In this document: piece after piece, positions 11,903 through 24,834 of the stretch
Numbering within the stretch: the first letter of the stretch is position 1
Layout: each line of letters opens with the position of its first letter
Assembly (NCBI GenBank): GCA_003427395.1
Contig: BFEA01000020.1
Coordinates: forward strand, 4,919,224 to 4,983,223
Source of the DNA: Chara braunii
Lineage: Eukaryota > Plantae > Charophyceae
Length of the DNA: 64,000 nucleotides
Direction: 5' to 3'
Made by a program: the position numbers and the translations under genes
The notes under the pieces: model-generated
The model's database searches: none
What the model was told of the DNA's origin: nothing
The model's input: the letters and a program-made list of their open reading frames with translations, nothing else

Positions 11903-14440
11903 GTGAGTACTCCACGCTGTCAGAAGCAACAGTGAACTGAAATAAATCAACGTACATGTTTCCAGTGCAGTTTGAGCTTAAAGCGGAATAGGGCACGAGG
12001 AGAGTGGTGAATGGAGAAGAACAATGATTCGTGGGTGTGCTGATCAGCTTGCAGATCGAAGCTTCATCCCAAGGGCTGCTGCTACAACAACGCATTTCTT
12101 CAAGGTTGTGCATATGGGGTTCAACATGGCACCTATCGCTAATAGGTCGGGCCCTAGTTGCCAATGTGACCCTCTTCTCCATATTGTGGTTTGTTACCTC
12201 GGTAAAGGCGTTGGTCGAAGGTGTGGTGAAGGCAATCCGAAGATTGGTTGCACGGTTCATCTGGAAACCACGTGGCCAAAACTCAGAATCCTTCATTTCC
12301 AAAGTTGCGCTGGACACCCTGACTTTCCCGCTAGAGAAGGGTGGACTGGGTCTGGTGGACCCGGCAAGAAGAAATCAAGCGCAACTTCTGGGCTGGTTGA
12401 CGAAAGCTGAGAGTGGGGGGGGGGAAGAACATTGGGTGGCCCTGGCGGAGCGCATACTGATGGCAGAATGGGGTTTGAGCCTCCCGAAAGATGTTTGGGC
12501 CTGCTTTTATGCCATCCTTTAGGAAGAAGAAGATCAAGTCCGGGTTTTGGGAACCCATCAGGAAGGCCTGGAAGAAGATGCCACCGGATTCCCATTCCCC
12601 CCCCACCTCGAAAGAGAACGTACTCGACCAACTGTTGTTCGAAAACCCGGAGGTGATGGACAACTCAGGATCCCCCTTTGCTGCAGATGGTAAACCTGGG
12701 ACGTTCAGACAAGCCTGGGTAAGTTGAGGAGTGGTAAGGATGGAAGACCTATGGTCATTAACTCTGGGTGGCTGATGAGGCGAGGGGTGGTAAGGATGGA
12801 AGACCTATGGTCATTAACTCTGGGTGGCTGGATACCACTCAGCGAGCTAAAGCTGGAACTAAAAGGCCTACAACGAGTGGAGGAACACTGACACCAAATT
12901 GTGGATGCTATACCTCAAGAATGGCTAGCGATACTCGGCCCAAAAGGAACCGATCCTCTAGGCACATGGTACATCTCAGACACGGAACTTGGCGGCAACA
13001 TCCTACGGAAAATGTTGGACTCGGAATAATGCCCAGCAGGTTCAGGAGAGTAGAGAGATGGCAGAGTGACAACCCCTTGAACCTTCAGTCCTTTATGGAG
13101 GAAACAATTGCTGCATGGGATAATCTGAGGCAGGTGAGAGTAGCGGAGTCGTGCACCAAAAGTTCATAGGGTAAAGAGACTATCTTGGGTGGGCAAGATG
13201 CCTCTGAGAAAACTGTGCATTGACCCATTGGCATGGAGATGGTCTGCCAATGCAACAGGGGGAGAAGTCGTAAGTCTACAGGAACATTCAGTCGCCCATG
13301 ATTACCAGATCGCCACCAAGCCCTTAAAGCCTCCGACACAGGTAGCAATATCTCGCTCGCAAGCAATTTGGCAAGAAGACCTCGCAAGGACTGAGCAGGA
13401 CTTTGAGAAACTGTGGAAAAAACTGACCAGATTACCAAATGGTAAACTAGTCAGCATTCTTTGGTTGTTGTCCCTGTTAGCAATTCCCTTTATAGGCTGG
13501 CTCCTCAGCAGGGGAATGCAGATCGAACTGGGGTGTTCTAGATGTAGATGGCCGTTCGAATCTACACGTCACCTATGGTGGGGGTGTCCAGCCTCCAAGC
13601 GGATTTGGAAATGGTGGAGACATCACTGGAGGGAGTTCGGTGGCCAGGGCGTGGAATGGAGTGAGAAATGGGTGCTGCTGCGTTTTCTTCCCCCCAATCT
13701 GAGTGGTTGCAGAGGGTGGGGCTACGTCGCGAATGTGGTCAGGGGCCTGATTTGCGAGGTGATTTGGATGGACAGAAACAAAGGAAGATTTCAGCGGAAA
13801 GCCTTCTCTGATTTGGAAACTAAAAGACACATCAAACGGGGCTTAAAACATGCAATCTGGGTGGATTGGAGGATAATGGCCAAGGCAAGAAAAGGGAGCA
13901 CACGACAGATGCGCTGGTTCCTGCACACCTGGACAACAAACCATCACTTGGCAGGCCTCCACTCGAGGAAGGGACTGGTCTTATCTCGATGGATTGAGAA
14001 GGTGGATAATCAGGGGGCCTCCGATAGGAATTAGTCTGAATGGTTAGTTTGTGAGAAGACCAGGACACTCGACCGCCTAACTTGTAGTAACAGGGGAATA
14101 AAAATTCGGTCTCAGAGTGACTAGTTGTCAGGCTTAGCAGTAACCAGGGCACCCGGTTCTTAGAGTCGCAGTGGGCCAATAGGAGAGTGTCACTAGGGCG
14201 TGGACGGTAGTCCTCTGGGCCGCGGTAGTCCCAGACTAGACTAGTCAGTCCACACCGAAGCAGCTGAAGATATCCAAGCATCAAGACTTTTAGAAACTAT
14301 AGAAAATCCAGCACATGTTAACGACTAGCTTTGTAGGTCCAGTTAGGGTGACATGTTTTGAGACTGAGAAAGTCGGTAGCAAAGACTTTTTACAGGCCGT
14401 ATGCCTGTAAGCTAAGTTGGCTGATGCTTTCAGTACACCG

Positions 14441-14481
<41 letters not shown>

Positions 14482-14482
<1 letters not shown>

Positions 14483-14702
14483 AGTACACTTCACAGCGTT
14501 TGGCGGCCACTACACTCGCCACGTCGTACGGGATGTACTGGCCCAGCGGGCAGCAACACATACATCCAGGCAAGACTCGAGTCTCCATGAGCCTCTTTTT
14601 CTTGGATGTATATTTTGTGACCCGCCAGGTCGATACATCCCGACAGACATGGGGCGTGCATAGGCGCATCATTGCAAAATGGTTCGGAGACGTACTGGTG
14701 GT
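14482..14702. mobile_element. Right end of a TTAA-ACCACC family element
   Basis: CGTACTGGTGGT|TTAA at 14691-14706. The left end was not located. Confidence 0.55.
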
Positions 14703-15033
14703 TTAAGAAAAGGCGCTACACGTTCAACAAAAGAACACCACAAAGAAAAGCAGAGAAAGCACCACGCGTCCCTCGTCGCCAAAACGATATGCTCGAAAAC
14801 CATTGTGAGTGCAGCCCATAAACTTTTATTTTCGGCCACCCATTGGGAAATCAGACAGCCATAGACCTCGTGCGCTCGGCGTACTTAGAGATGGCAAACT
14901 CTAAACTGCCAGTCCAACAGGCCGATACTGTTCATTTCAATTCACCGGCGAACAGAGCTTTGGTGAGCAGTAATGGCCCAGGACGCAACAGCCTTTCCAT
15001 ACGGCGTTTCGTGCCCAAAAACCGTTGGCTGAC

Positions 15034-15685
15034 TGTGGCATACTGATACCACACGGGCCCCAGTTAGGGCCCGGTCCTGTAGTAGGTACGGGTTAGGCCT
15101 AGGTACCGAGTCACGACGATCCCAGCTAGGTCCAGGTAGGCCTAGGAACTGTCGTTTCAGGTTAGCGTCTAGTAGGCCTAGTTTTAGACCCCACCAAACC
15201 CAACGGCTAGTTTCGTTAGGCCGGTACTGGTCCATCGGTAGGACCGGCCGACGACGCAGTTTAGAAGCCACTTTTCAGATTCAGATTCAGATCTGAACCG
15301 TTAATCAGATCAAAGGTCCAGACCCGAAGGTACCAGCAGCAGAGAGGCTGGCCCAGCGCTATATCAGCTGGGTTCCAGCCTCAGTGGAGAGGTTAGTCCA
15401 CAGGTTAGTACAGTGTTTCGGTTGGCACATCTTTCTTTTCCTCCTCCCTTCGTCTCTCCTCCTCTCCATTCATCTGTGTATGAGAGTTGACCCTGGCCTT
15501 TTCTTCCATGTCCAAGGCCAGGGCTTTCACACCACCGATGTATGTTGGTGAGGGATTGGTCGAGTCAGGTTTGAGTCAGTCCATGTGTATCAAGTCTTCC
15601 GCTGTAATTATACTTACTCTGTATTATCTGGCCGGTTATGGGAATCTGTGCCATACTTATGACTGTGTTTCACGAGTATGCAACA
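15034..15685 (+). repeat. 5' LTR (internally deleted, 652 bp)
   Basis: TGTGGCATACTGATACC...ATGCAACA; homologous to the 3' LTR but lacks ~550 bp. Confidence 0.9.
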
Positions 15686-15688
15686 ATT

Positions 15689-15700
15689 TGGTATCGGAGC
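15689..15700 (+). promoter_or_regulatory. Primer binding site (tRNA-iMet type)
   Basis: TGGTATCGGAGC 3 nt after the LTR; one mismatch to the canonical TGGTATCAGAGC. Confidence 0.85.
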
Positions 15701-16634
15701 AGACCAGCATTGGATGACTCATCATCAATCGATCGGTTGATGGATCAAGTTCTCAACTAGCGCTTGATCAACCAATCGATTGATTGATTGATTGATTGAT
15801 TATTTACACTTGTACTCTATTATCATTATTCGCAAGTTGCAAATTTTTCTTTTTTTTTCTTACGTAGTTAATTAGGTCAGTTGAAATCTATTTTTAGGTT
15901 TGGCGGCTTTCTCCAAAATGCGCACAATTACGAAATCGCGCAATCGCGATTAACCTAATTAGCGCTAATTGGGGTTAGTGCTAACCTAATCTAAAGATCT
16001 AACAACCTATCGGACTACGGGAAGTAAGCGCCAACCAAGCACTGTGCCCAATTAACGCAGATCGGGCCTGAGCACGGCCGCATTCAACTGCAACTTTACG
16101 GAACTTTCACTTTTTGCAAATCGCATTTTTTTGGCGATTAAAGTTTGAATCTTTACAACAAATTGTGTATCTCCCTACTACCATTGATCTTCTGTGTACC
16201 TCATAACCTCGTAATGATGCTGAATTCTCCCGATTAAATTTCATTAAATTATTTAATTAAATATTCTGATTAAATGTTTAATCTCATTTAAACTTTATTC
16301 AATTTGATGTTGCGAACTGCAAGCATTCTTTAATTAATTATTTAATGTTTGCCAAATTAAAATCTTTATTTAGTTAAGTTTTATTTTTATTAAATATTTA
16401 ATTAAAATTTTCAAATTTCATATTTTTGGGGGGGAGGAATTTTTTTTCTTTTGATTAAGTGTCAGGTCCGAGGTCAAGGCAGAAGGGACTGTCTGTGCAC
16501 TTGCTTGCCCCCCTCCCTTCTTCCCATCCCTACCTTCTCTCCCCTCCTCTCGGTTACGCAGACTTCAGCCCCCGACCATGTCAGCACTGTGCCATCTTCA
16601 GCAATGACACGTCCGCAGCTACGCGGAGCCAGGC

Positions 16635-18428
16635 ATGCTAGATGCGCTCAGTCAACGACTTGCTGAGCTAGCATCCAAGGGAACTAGGCCCCAGCAGGGA
16701 CCCAAAACACCTCGGATCCTGCAGAGACCACGCACGACCATGGCCAAGTCCGACGCCAATGCGCAAGATGGCCCAAAGAGGCCGCTTACTCCTCCCGTGT
16801 CGGTTCAACAAGCTGATGAAACACAACTGGTGTTTCTCGAACATCTCCAACTATACACGGAGACTGCTGCAGCCGAACTTCGCAAATGGGAAAAGGAGGA
16901 TGTCGCCCACCGACAGGCGATTCAACGCCAGCTAGCAGAGGCCGAGGCAGAAGCTGCGGCAGCCGCACGGTTACAACAACAGCAGACGGAGGAAAGTCAA
17001 AATCAAGTTCATTACCAAACCACAATGGAGCTCACCAACGAAGAAACTACGTACCGAAGGTTACTTCGACAACAACACTTTCAAGCAATCGAAGAACAAG
17101 AGGAGCCGACCGAGGAAGAGAGAAGCAAGGAGGCCATAGCCGTACTGGTGGAAAACCTGTTGTATACGAAAATTGGCAGCAACTCGAACTGATGGCCATG
17201 CGACAGATCTTCATCCGCTACGAAGGAATTTTTCGGACGTTGGATCATAAGATCGTTGACTTGCAGGCCGAAAACAGTACACTGCAGGCCGCCAACAGTC
17301 ACCAGCAGGCCATCAACGATCAACTGCAGACCAATGTCAGCACGGGGTTGGCTTATCTACAGTTGAGTCGATAGGCAGTGCAGTTTCAGACTGCAGCCCA
17401 GCTTTGGCCGCTCAAGCCAAGCAACTCGAAGAACGGATCAACCACGTAGTCGCATCCCTTGACGACATCAGCAAGTTCGCCAAGACGTCTACGGTCAGCA
17501 ATCAGTTGCAGACGCTCAGCGACCACGTTCAACAACGAACGAACGACGTCGTCAAGGAATGAAAAATGTCGAACTTTAAGATTGAGAAGTGACCGATCCG
17601 TTGCAATGCTGGATGGCATTCAACACGGAGGCGGACGTACATCACGTCCCACCACTGCGGCGGCTTGACGCGCTCTACCTCCAGCTCATCGGAGGGGCAT
17701 AAGCATTCATGACTCACATAACCGTCACGTTGGAATGCACCATCACCACCCTCCACACCAAGATATCTTGGGAGGACTTCGAAAAGAAGTGGAAGACCTG
17801 ATTCATGGTCAACAACGACAAACGTCACGCATTGAACAAGATCTTCCGCATCGTTCAAGGCCAACAACCATCACGGGAATGGATGACGGAGTGCCAAAGA
17901 CTCGTCGCCACCCCGGAGTTGAAACTGCCGTTCGACTCAATCCGGGCCGAGTTCTTCGCCCGATCTTGCGACGCCTTGACAACTGCTCTCGACAATGAAT
18001 TTCAGTATGAGACCTTTGATGAGATGATCTCAAAGGCAAGGGAACTCATACAAGGTAACCGGCGCGCGGCCAATGAGGTCCGCCAACTACCCGGTTACGT
18101 GGAGAAAACAGCGGACGTCGCAAGTAGCAGCGATCCAGCAAGGATCTAGTGAGGACCACGGGCCGCTTCAACATCAAGTGATGGAGATGTGGCGGCAACG
18201 GTACCACCGCAACGCTCAAGACCCGGTGGGGGAAAACACAAAGCGAAAACAGCGTCGGCGGATGGAGCGAGACAATCACCATGGACAAAGTTCGGGATCA
18301 CCGAAGACATGTTCAAGTTACAACAGAAATGGAGATGTTGTTTATGGTGCAACAACACCAAACACATCACTAGTATGTGCCAGGACAAGGACAAAGAAAA
18401 TGCCAAGCGTCCAAGCTCGGGAAATTGA
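16635..18428 (+). pseudogene. Gypsy gag (coiled-coil N-terminus, capsid, CCHC knuckle), frameshifted
   Basis: ORFs 16635, 17805 (QGQQPSREWMTE) and 18189 with CLWCNNTKHITSMC. Confidence 0.8.
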
Positions 18429-18949
18429 GCACTGCGGAAAGTGTAGCAACATCACTTCCGAGTCCGTCGGACTCAACTGCCTTGCTTGTAGTCTCTCTCA
18501 CGTCCGGGGATACCTCGGTAGTCGCAAGTTCTCGGATTGACTTTGAGAACTATGTTGTCCCGCTGGTCCCGCCATTAAACCAGCCTCTTCACGTGCAAGA
18601 TTCAAGCACATGCGCGGTGTTACCGCCATCGGACAACGAACCGGTTGCTTCGCCAACCCTTCTATCGGAGGATCCGTCAGCTTGGGCGAGTTTTGACGAA
18701 CTCAACCCGTTGACGGTTGAGGACTTCCAATGGTTGCCTCTTCCCTCCACCGGTTCCGGTTCTTTGCCAACACTGCATTGCAACACCCTGATGGCACACT
18801 TGTGCGAATACTTAAACGCTGCAGTACCACTTACGTCGACGGACGACGAAGTAGCGGTTGTTGACCTTTGCAGTTATCTCGCAAAGATCGACTGCGAGCA
18901 CGGTACGTCGACAGCGGCGCGCCGCCTCTAAACCCGCATTCAAATCGTA

Positions 18950-21668
18950 AAGACGACCTGCTGTGCCTTGATCGATTGTGGAGCGACTCGCAACTACATC
19001 AACCAAGACTTTGTCACGCACCAGGCTTAGCCCCCGCGTTGGAAGGAAAAGTCAGCCTACGCACGTCACGTTAGCCGATGGTCACACGCAAAAGTCAACA
19101 GACCGCTGCGTTAACTCCGTGCCCGTGTACTTTGCCCCACTAGCATGCGAGGCCGTGTCATTCGACATCTTGGACACTAAGTTCGATATGATTTTAGGCA
19201 TGTCGTGGCTACAAAGCGAATACCATCCAATAAACTTTTTCCTACGCACCGTTCACGTTCGTGATTGGAGTGGCGAACTAGTTCCGTGTACGGTGCCACT
19301 TCCTCATTCTTCGATTGGTTGTCACATGGTCTCCACGGCAAGCATTCGCCAATCCATCAGCCGGCACGACATCTAGGAGATAGGCATCTGTTTTCTTCAC
19401 GCCCTCCCACCCGTTGATCAGCCCAAAACGGACATATCGGACTCACACATCGTTGAGCTTTTGGACAGCTATGAGGATGTCTTCCAAGCTCCCACCGGGG
19501 TAGTACCGGATCGGCCCATACGTCACGGGATCGCTCTCGAGGACGGCGCCGTACCTCCGCTAGGATGTATTTACCGAATGAACGAAGAGGAGCTTCAAGT
19601 GCTCCGGGCACAACTAAACGACCTCTTGGCCAAGGGCTGGATTCGCCCTAGTTGTTTGTCATACAGTGCTCCTGTTCTCTTCGTTCAGAAGAAGAACAAG
19701 GATCTTCGTTTGTGTATCGACTATCGAAAACTTATGCGCAAACGATCAAGAATATCGGCCCTCTCCCGCGGATTGATAATCTCCTCGAGCGACTAGGCGG
19801 AGCCAAGTACTTCTCAAAGTTGGACCTCAAATCAGGCTATCACCAGATCGAAATCCAGCCAAGAGATCGGTACAAGACCTCGTTCAAAACGAGGTATGGG
19901 CACCTTGAGTGGATCGTCACGCCATTCGGTCTCACCAATGTCCCGGCTACTTTCCAAGCGGCTATGACGACGGAATTCCGCGACCTGCTTGACCACATCG
20001 TACTCATTTACCTTGATGACATCTTGGTTTATAGTCAGTCGCTGAACGAGCACCTCGAGCACCTTCGCACCGTTTTGGAGCAGCTTCGTATCGCCAAGTA
20101 CAAGGCAAACCGCGACAAGTGCGAGTTTGTCCAACAAGAGTTGGAGTACTTGGGCCATTATGTTACGCCGCAAGACATTCGTCCACTCGCGGACAAAGTA
20201 CAAGCCGTTCAAGATTGGTCGGACCTCGCGTGTACTCCTAACATCCGATCCTTTCTTGGCTTAGCATCATACTATATGAGCTTCGTCAAGAGCTTCCAAC
20301 GGATCGCTGCACCATTGACGTGACTTCAGTCCCCCTTGGTGCCCTTCGAGTTCAACGACGAAACCCGACACGCGTTCCATACGTTAAAGACGACCTTGCT
20401 TCAAGCTACCGTCTTAAGCATCTATGACCTGACCTTGCCAAACAAAGTAACTACGAATGCTTCCGGCTATGGCATTGGCGGGATTTTGGAACAGCATGAC
20501 GACACAGACTGGCATCCGGTTGAGTACTTCAGCCAAAAGGTGCCGCCCATCAATTCCAATGATGATGCGAGGAAGAAGGAACTGCTAGCTTTCGTCCTGG
20601 TACTTAAACCACCAATACTTCGCCCAACTATCAAGTCCGAGCCTCGACCAACCGGTATGTCGAGCCTTGTCGAGGCTCGAACNNNNNNNNNNNNNNNNNN
20701 NNNNNNNNNNNNNNNNNNNNNNNNNNNNNNNNNNNNNNNNNNNNNNNNNNNNNNNNNNNNNNNNNNNNNNNNNNNNNNNNNNNNNNNNNNNNNNNNNNNN
20801 NNNNNNNNNNNNNNNNNNNNNNNNNNNNNNNNNNNNNNNNNNNNNNNNNNNNNNNNNNNNNNNNNNNNNNNNNNNNNNNNNNNNNNNNNNNNNNNNNNNN
20901 NNNNNNNNNNNNNNNNNNNNNNNNNNNNNNNNNNNNNNNNNNNNNNNNNNNNNNNNNNNNNNNNNNNNNNNNNNNNNNNNNNNNNNNNNNNNNNNNNNNN
21001 NNNNNNNNNNNNNNNNNNNNNNNNNNNNNNNNNNNNNNNNNNNNNNNNNNNNNNNNNNNNNNNNNNNNNNNNNNNNNNNNNNNNNNNNNNNNNNNNNNNN
21101 NNNNNNNNNNNNNNNNNNNNNNNNNNNNNNNNNNNNNNNNNNNNNNNNNNNNNNNNNNNNNNNNNNNNNNNNNNNNNNNNNNNNNNNNNNNNNNNNNNNN
21201 NNNNNNNNNNNNNNNNNNNNNNNNNNNNNNNNNNNNNNNNNNNNNNNNNNNNNNNNNNNNNNNNNNNNNNNNNNNNNNNNNNNNNNNNNNNNNNNNNNNN
21301 NNNNNNNNNNNNNNNNNNNNNNNNNNNNNNNNNNNNNNNNNNNNNNNNNNNNNNNNNNNNNNNNNNNNNNNNNNNNNNNNNNNNNNNNNNNNNNNNNNNN
21401 NNNNNNNNNNNNNNNNNNNNNNNNNNNNNNNNNNNNNNNNNNNNNNNNNNNNNNNNNNNNNNNNNNNNNNNNNNNNNNNNNNNNNNNNNNNNNNNNNNNN
21501 NNNNNNNNNNNNNNNNNNNNNNNNNNNNNNNNNNNNNNNNNNNNNNNNNNNNNNNNNNNNNNNNNNNNNNNNNNNNNNNNNNNNNNNNNNNNNNNNNNNN
21601 NNNNNNNNNNNNNNNNNNNNNNNNNNNNNNNNNNNNNNNNNNNNNNNNNNNNNNNNNNNNNNNNNNNN

Positions 21669-21702
<34 letters not shown>

Positions 21703-23545
21703 CATTTTGGTATATTTGATTCTTGTTTTTTCTTTCTTTGTTCTTTTTTTTTTGTGTCAAGCCGAATGAATCGGGGCCCGGCCATTCAACAACAACTGGA
21801 CCTTCCCTTGGCCGACCCCCTAAGGCTGCGGCGCGTTAACGGGGAACAACAATCCGTTGACATATTACAAGACTTGACATACTACAAGACTTGACATACT
21901 ACAAGACGCAAGACACGGTGAATAGCACGATCGTTTGCTGCATGCATTTCATTGACCAGTTCGACTTCACCTCCAAGCATATTCCAGGCCCCTCGAACAA
22001 GGCAGTGGATGCTCTCTCGCAAAGACCCGATCTTTGCGCCTTGGTGCACTCCACATTCGCCCTCAACGAGGACCTGCAACAGCATTTCGTAAACGGCTAC
22101 AAGTCGGATCCAGGATTCTTCACTCTCTACGCGGACTTATCATCGGATCACCCGCCGACAAGCAATGATCGCATTATCGACGGCTACTTGATTTTCCATA
22201 CGCGAGGCAAGGACTTGTTGTGTGTTCCCCAAGACTGCATCTTGCGCACTCGCCTCCTTGGTGAATACCATGATTCGCGGCTGAAGGGACACCTTGGCGT
22301 CGCACGCACACTTGCACGACTCTGCCAGCGATTCCACTGGCCGAACATCATCAGCGACGTCAACCGGTACATTCAGTCATGTGCAGTTTGCCATCGGAAC
22401 AAAGGGCGTCATCAGCTCTCGTAGGGCGAACTGAAACCATTGCCGATTCCTTGGGAACCATGTCTCTCCATTGCTATGGATGTGACCGGTCCTTTCCCAC
22501 GCGATCGCCTTGGCCATGATGGTATTCTCACAGTCGTCGACCGTTTGAGCATGTACGCTCGCTTTCTTCCATGCAAGTATCATGCGACGGCTCCCGAGCT
22601 AGCACGACTTTTGCACACCGGTTGGTTTTGCGGCCACGACGTCCCGAAAGACATTGTCAGCGACCGCAACACTCGTTTCATGTCAGCCTTTTGGACGACA
22701 CTCATGGTGGAATCCGGCCCCAGCATGAAACCGAGTTCCGCACGGCATCCTCAAACGGATGGGCAAACGGAACGTGCGCACCAGATTGCGCAAATAATGC
22801 TCTGCACACTCATCCGCCTGGATTAGAAGGACTGGGTTGACCGCCTTCCTAACATCAAGTTCACCTACAACACTTTGGTGCACCCAGCGATTGGCATGAC
22901 TCCATTTGAGTTGCATCACGGTGGACGGAAAGGCCACATCTTCGCAGACATTCTGCTTCCACGGGCTGCCGATATCGAAGCCACTTACTCCCCCGCTTTG
23001 ACACGAAAGTACAGGGAGCTGCTGGCCAAAGCCCGCGCAAATATGCAAAAGGCTCAGGTCCGTATGCAGCAGCAAACGAACCGGCGTCGCATCCCATGTC
23101 CAATCCGCGCCGGCGACCTTGTTTGGGTCACCTCCGAGGAATTTGCGCTCGAGCAGCACGTCTCGTGCAAGCTCCTCCCTAAGTGGTTTGGGCCATGGAA
23201 GGTCACTTCAGCAGCTGGCGACGACCCCGCTGGCCCTCATTCGTGATCGAGATTCCCCCGCATTTGACCGTCCACCCAGTATTTCACGCTTCGAAGCTGG
23301 CAGTCTACACTCCAGTCTCCTCAGCGGACTTCCCAGTCAGACGGTCACACGACCCTCCTTCAATGGACGGTGACCAAGAGGTCGACCGTGTCCTCGCTCA
23401 TCGCAAGCACGACAACAAACCGATGCAATACAAAGTCACATTCACGCAATGTGATCCCGACGACACACGCTGGATTTCATGAGCTGACCTGAAGGCGACA
23501 GCACCCCTCATCTTCGCGAATTACGAAAAACAGCGACTTGCTAAA
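18950..23545 (+). pseudogene. Gypsy pol: protease, RT, RNase H, integrase, chromodomain (disrupted)
   Basis: ALIDCGAT protease; LRLCIDYRKL, FSKLDLKSGYHQI, PFGLTN, YLDDILVYS RT; TNASGYGIGG RNase H; H..GH..C..C and HPQTDGQTER integrase; KLLPKWFGPWKV GPY/F; EVDRVLAHRK..QYKV chromodomain. Confidence 0.95.
20608..21845. mobile_element. TTAA-ACCACC family element inserted in Gypsy RNase H (mostly in N-gap)
   Basis: TTAA|ACCACCAATACTT at 20604-20620, exactly where pol homology stops (ELLAFVLVLK|). CCTAA...GGCGCGTTAACGG near 21820-21842 matches the subterminal 3869-3892. Pol resumes at NNPLTYYKT. Confidence 0.7.
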
Positions 23546-23611
23546 GAGGCTGCCCAACCCACCCGCCCCACACGGACGTCGGATAGACAGCTTCGCCCTC
23601 GCAGGTAGCTC

Positions 23612-23624
23612 GGAAGGAGGGGAG
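23612..23624 (+). promoter_or_regulatory. Polypurine tract
   Basis: GGAAGGAGGGGAG immediately before the 3' LTR. Confidence 0.85.
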
Positions 23625-23626
23625 TG

Positions 23627-24834
23627 TGTGGCATACTGATACCACACTGGCCCCAGTTAGGGCCCGGTCCTGTAGTAGGCACGGGTTAGGCCTAGGTACC
23701 GGGTCAAGACGGTCCCAGCTAGGTCCAGGTAGGCCTAGGAACCGTCGTTTCAGATTAGAGTCCGGTAGGCCTAGTTTTAGACCCCACCAGACCCAACGGC
23801 TAGTTTCGTTAGGCCGGTCCCGGTCCATCGGTAAGACCGGCCGGCGGCGCAGCACAGTTTAGGCGCCACTTTTCAGGTTCAGATTCAGATCTGAACCGTT
23901 GATCGGATCAACGGTCCAGACCCGAAAGTACTAACAGCAGAGAGGCTGGCTCAGCGCTATATCAGCTGGGTACCAGCCTCAGTAGAGAGGTTAGTCTACA
24001 GGTTAGTACAGCGTTTCGGTTGGCATAGCGGAGCAGCAGGGAGAATTAGCCCAGCAGAGAGAAGGATTAGCGCAGCAGCAATTAGCGCAGCAGCAGCAAG
24101 TAGCGCCGGCCCTCTGGCTTAGCCCGCAGCCCAGCGCCCAGCACTGCAGCGCCATAGCTGCACCGCCAGGCTCGGCCTCAGCGGACATCAGCAGGAACAG
24201 CGCGGCCATTCAGGTATGAGGGAGAAAGGTTCCACCTTTCCTCCCTCTTCCTTCTCTCCTTCTCCTCTCTCTCTCTCTCTCTCCCCCCCTTCCCTCTAAG
24301 TCTAAGTCTACCTCTTGGGTTACTCCTACTGGACTACTACGAGTACGAAGGATGGTTACGAGTTCTGATGATATTGGAGATAGCAACATTGGGACTGCAG
24401 GTTGAGGACTACTTTTGGGATCTGACTTCATCTCCCTCTGGAGATGTATCTTGACATTGTGAGCTCGATATCCGAGACACTGTGAGACTGTATTCGCGAC
24501 ATTTTGGATTTTCACTACTTCTGACATTTCGAGATACTATTTTTGGAAACATTGAGTTGACGTCGTCTTCCGTCTCCTCCTCCCTTCGTCTCTCCTCCCC
24601 TCCATTCATCTGTGTATAAGAGTTGACCCTGGCCTTTTCTTCCATGTCCAAGGCCAGGGCTTTCACACCACCGATGTATGTTGGTGAGGGATTGGTTGCA
24701 GTCTGAGTCAGGAGTCGGTCCATGTGTATCAACTACTATCAAGTCTTCCGCTGTAATTGTACTTACTCTGTATTATCTGGTCGGTTCTGGGGATCTGCGC
24801 CATACTTATGACTGTGTTTCACGAGAATGCAACA
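23627..24834 (+). repeat. 3' LTR (1208 bp)
   Basis: TGTGGCATACTG...ATGCAACA followed by TSD CTGAC. Confidence 0.92.

Larger units (their letters stand above)
9160..14034 (+). pseudogene. LINE ORF2 (endonuclease-RT-zf-RVT), fragmented
   Basis: ORF fragments at 9190, 9438, 9658, 9949, 10656, 12031, 12491 and 13189 carry L1 ORF2 motifs. Interrupted by a MITE at 11354-11902. Confidence 0.9.
5290..14481 (+). mobile_element. Near full-length decayed L1-like LINE (5' boundary approximate)
   Basis: ORF1 remnants with CCHC knuckle (WCRKCRWYFHTEDNCP), APE endonuclease (WNVRGLGD, MLQESK, TIYAP, PDHKPV), RT (RPISPLNVSYKILAK, LLDLEKAYDKV, EGCPLAP), zf-RVT (CSRCRWPFESTRHLWWGC). Poly(A) at 14445-14481. 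Many stops and frameshifts. Confidence 0.92.
15034..24834 (+). mobile_element. Full-length decayed Ty3/Gypsy chromovirus LTR retrotransposon
   Basis: TG...CA LTRs; 5-bp TSD CTGAC (15029-15033, 24835-24839); PBS; PPT; gag-PR-RT-RH-IN-chromodomain order. Spans N-gap 20683-21668. Confidence 0.95.

Noticed and set aside
20336-21769. Long ORFs spanning N-runs (also 34569-35745, 43122-43765, 24757-25486)
   Set aside because: Artifacts of assembly gaps and microsatellites translated as X, RE, HT or IY runs.
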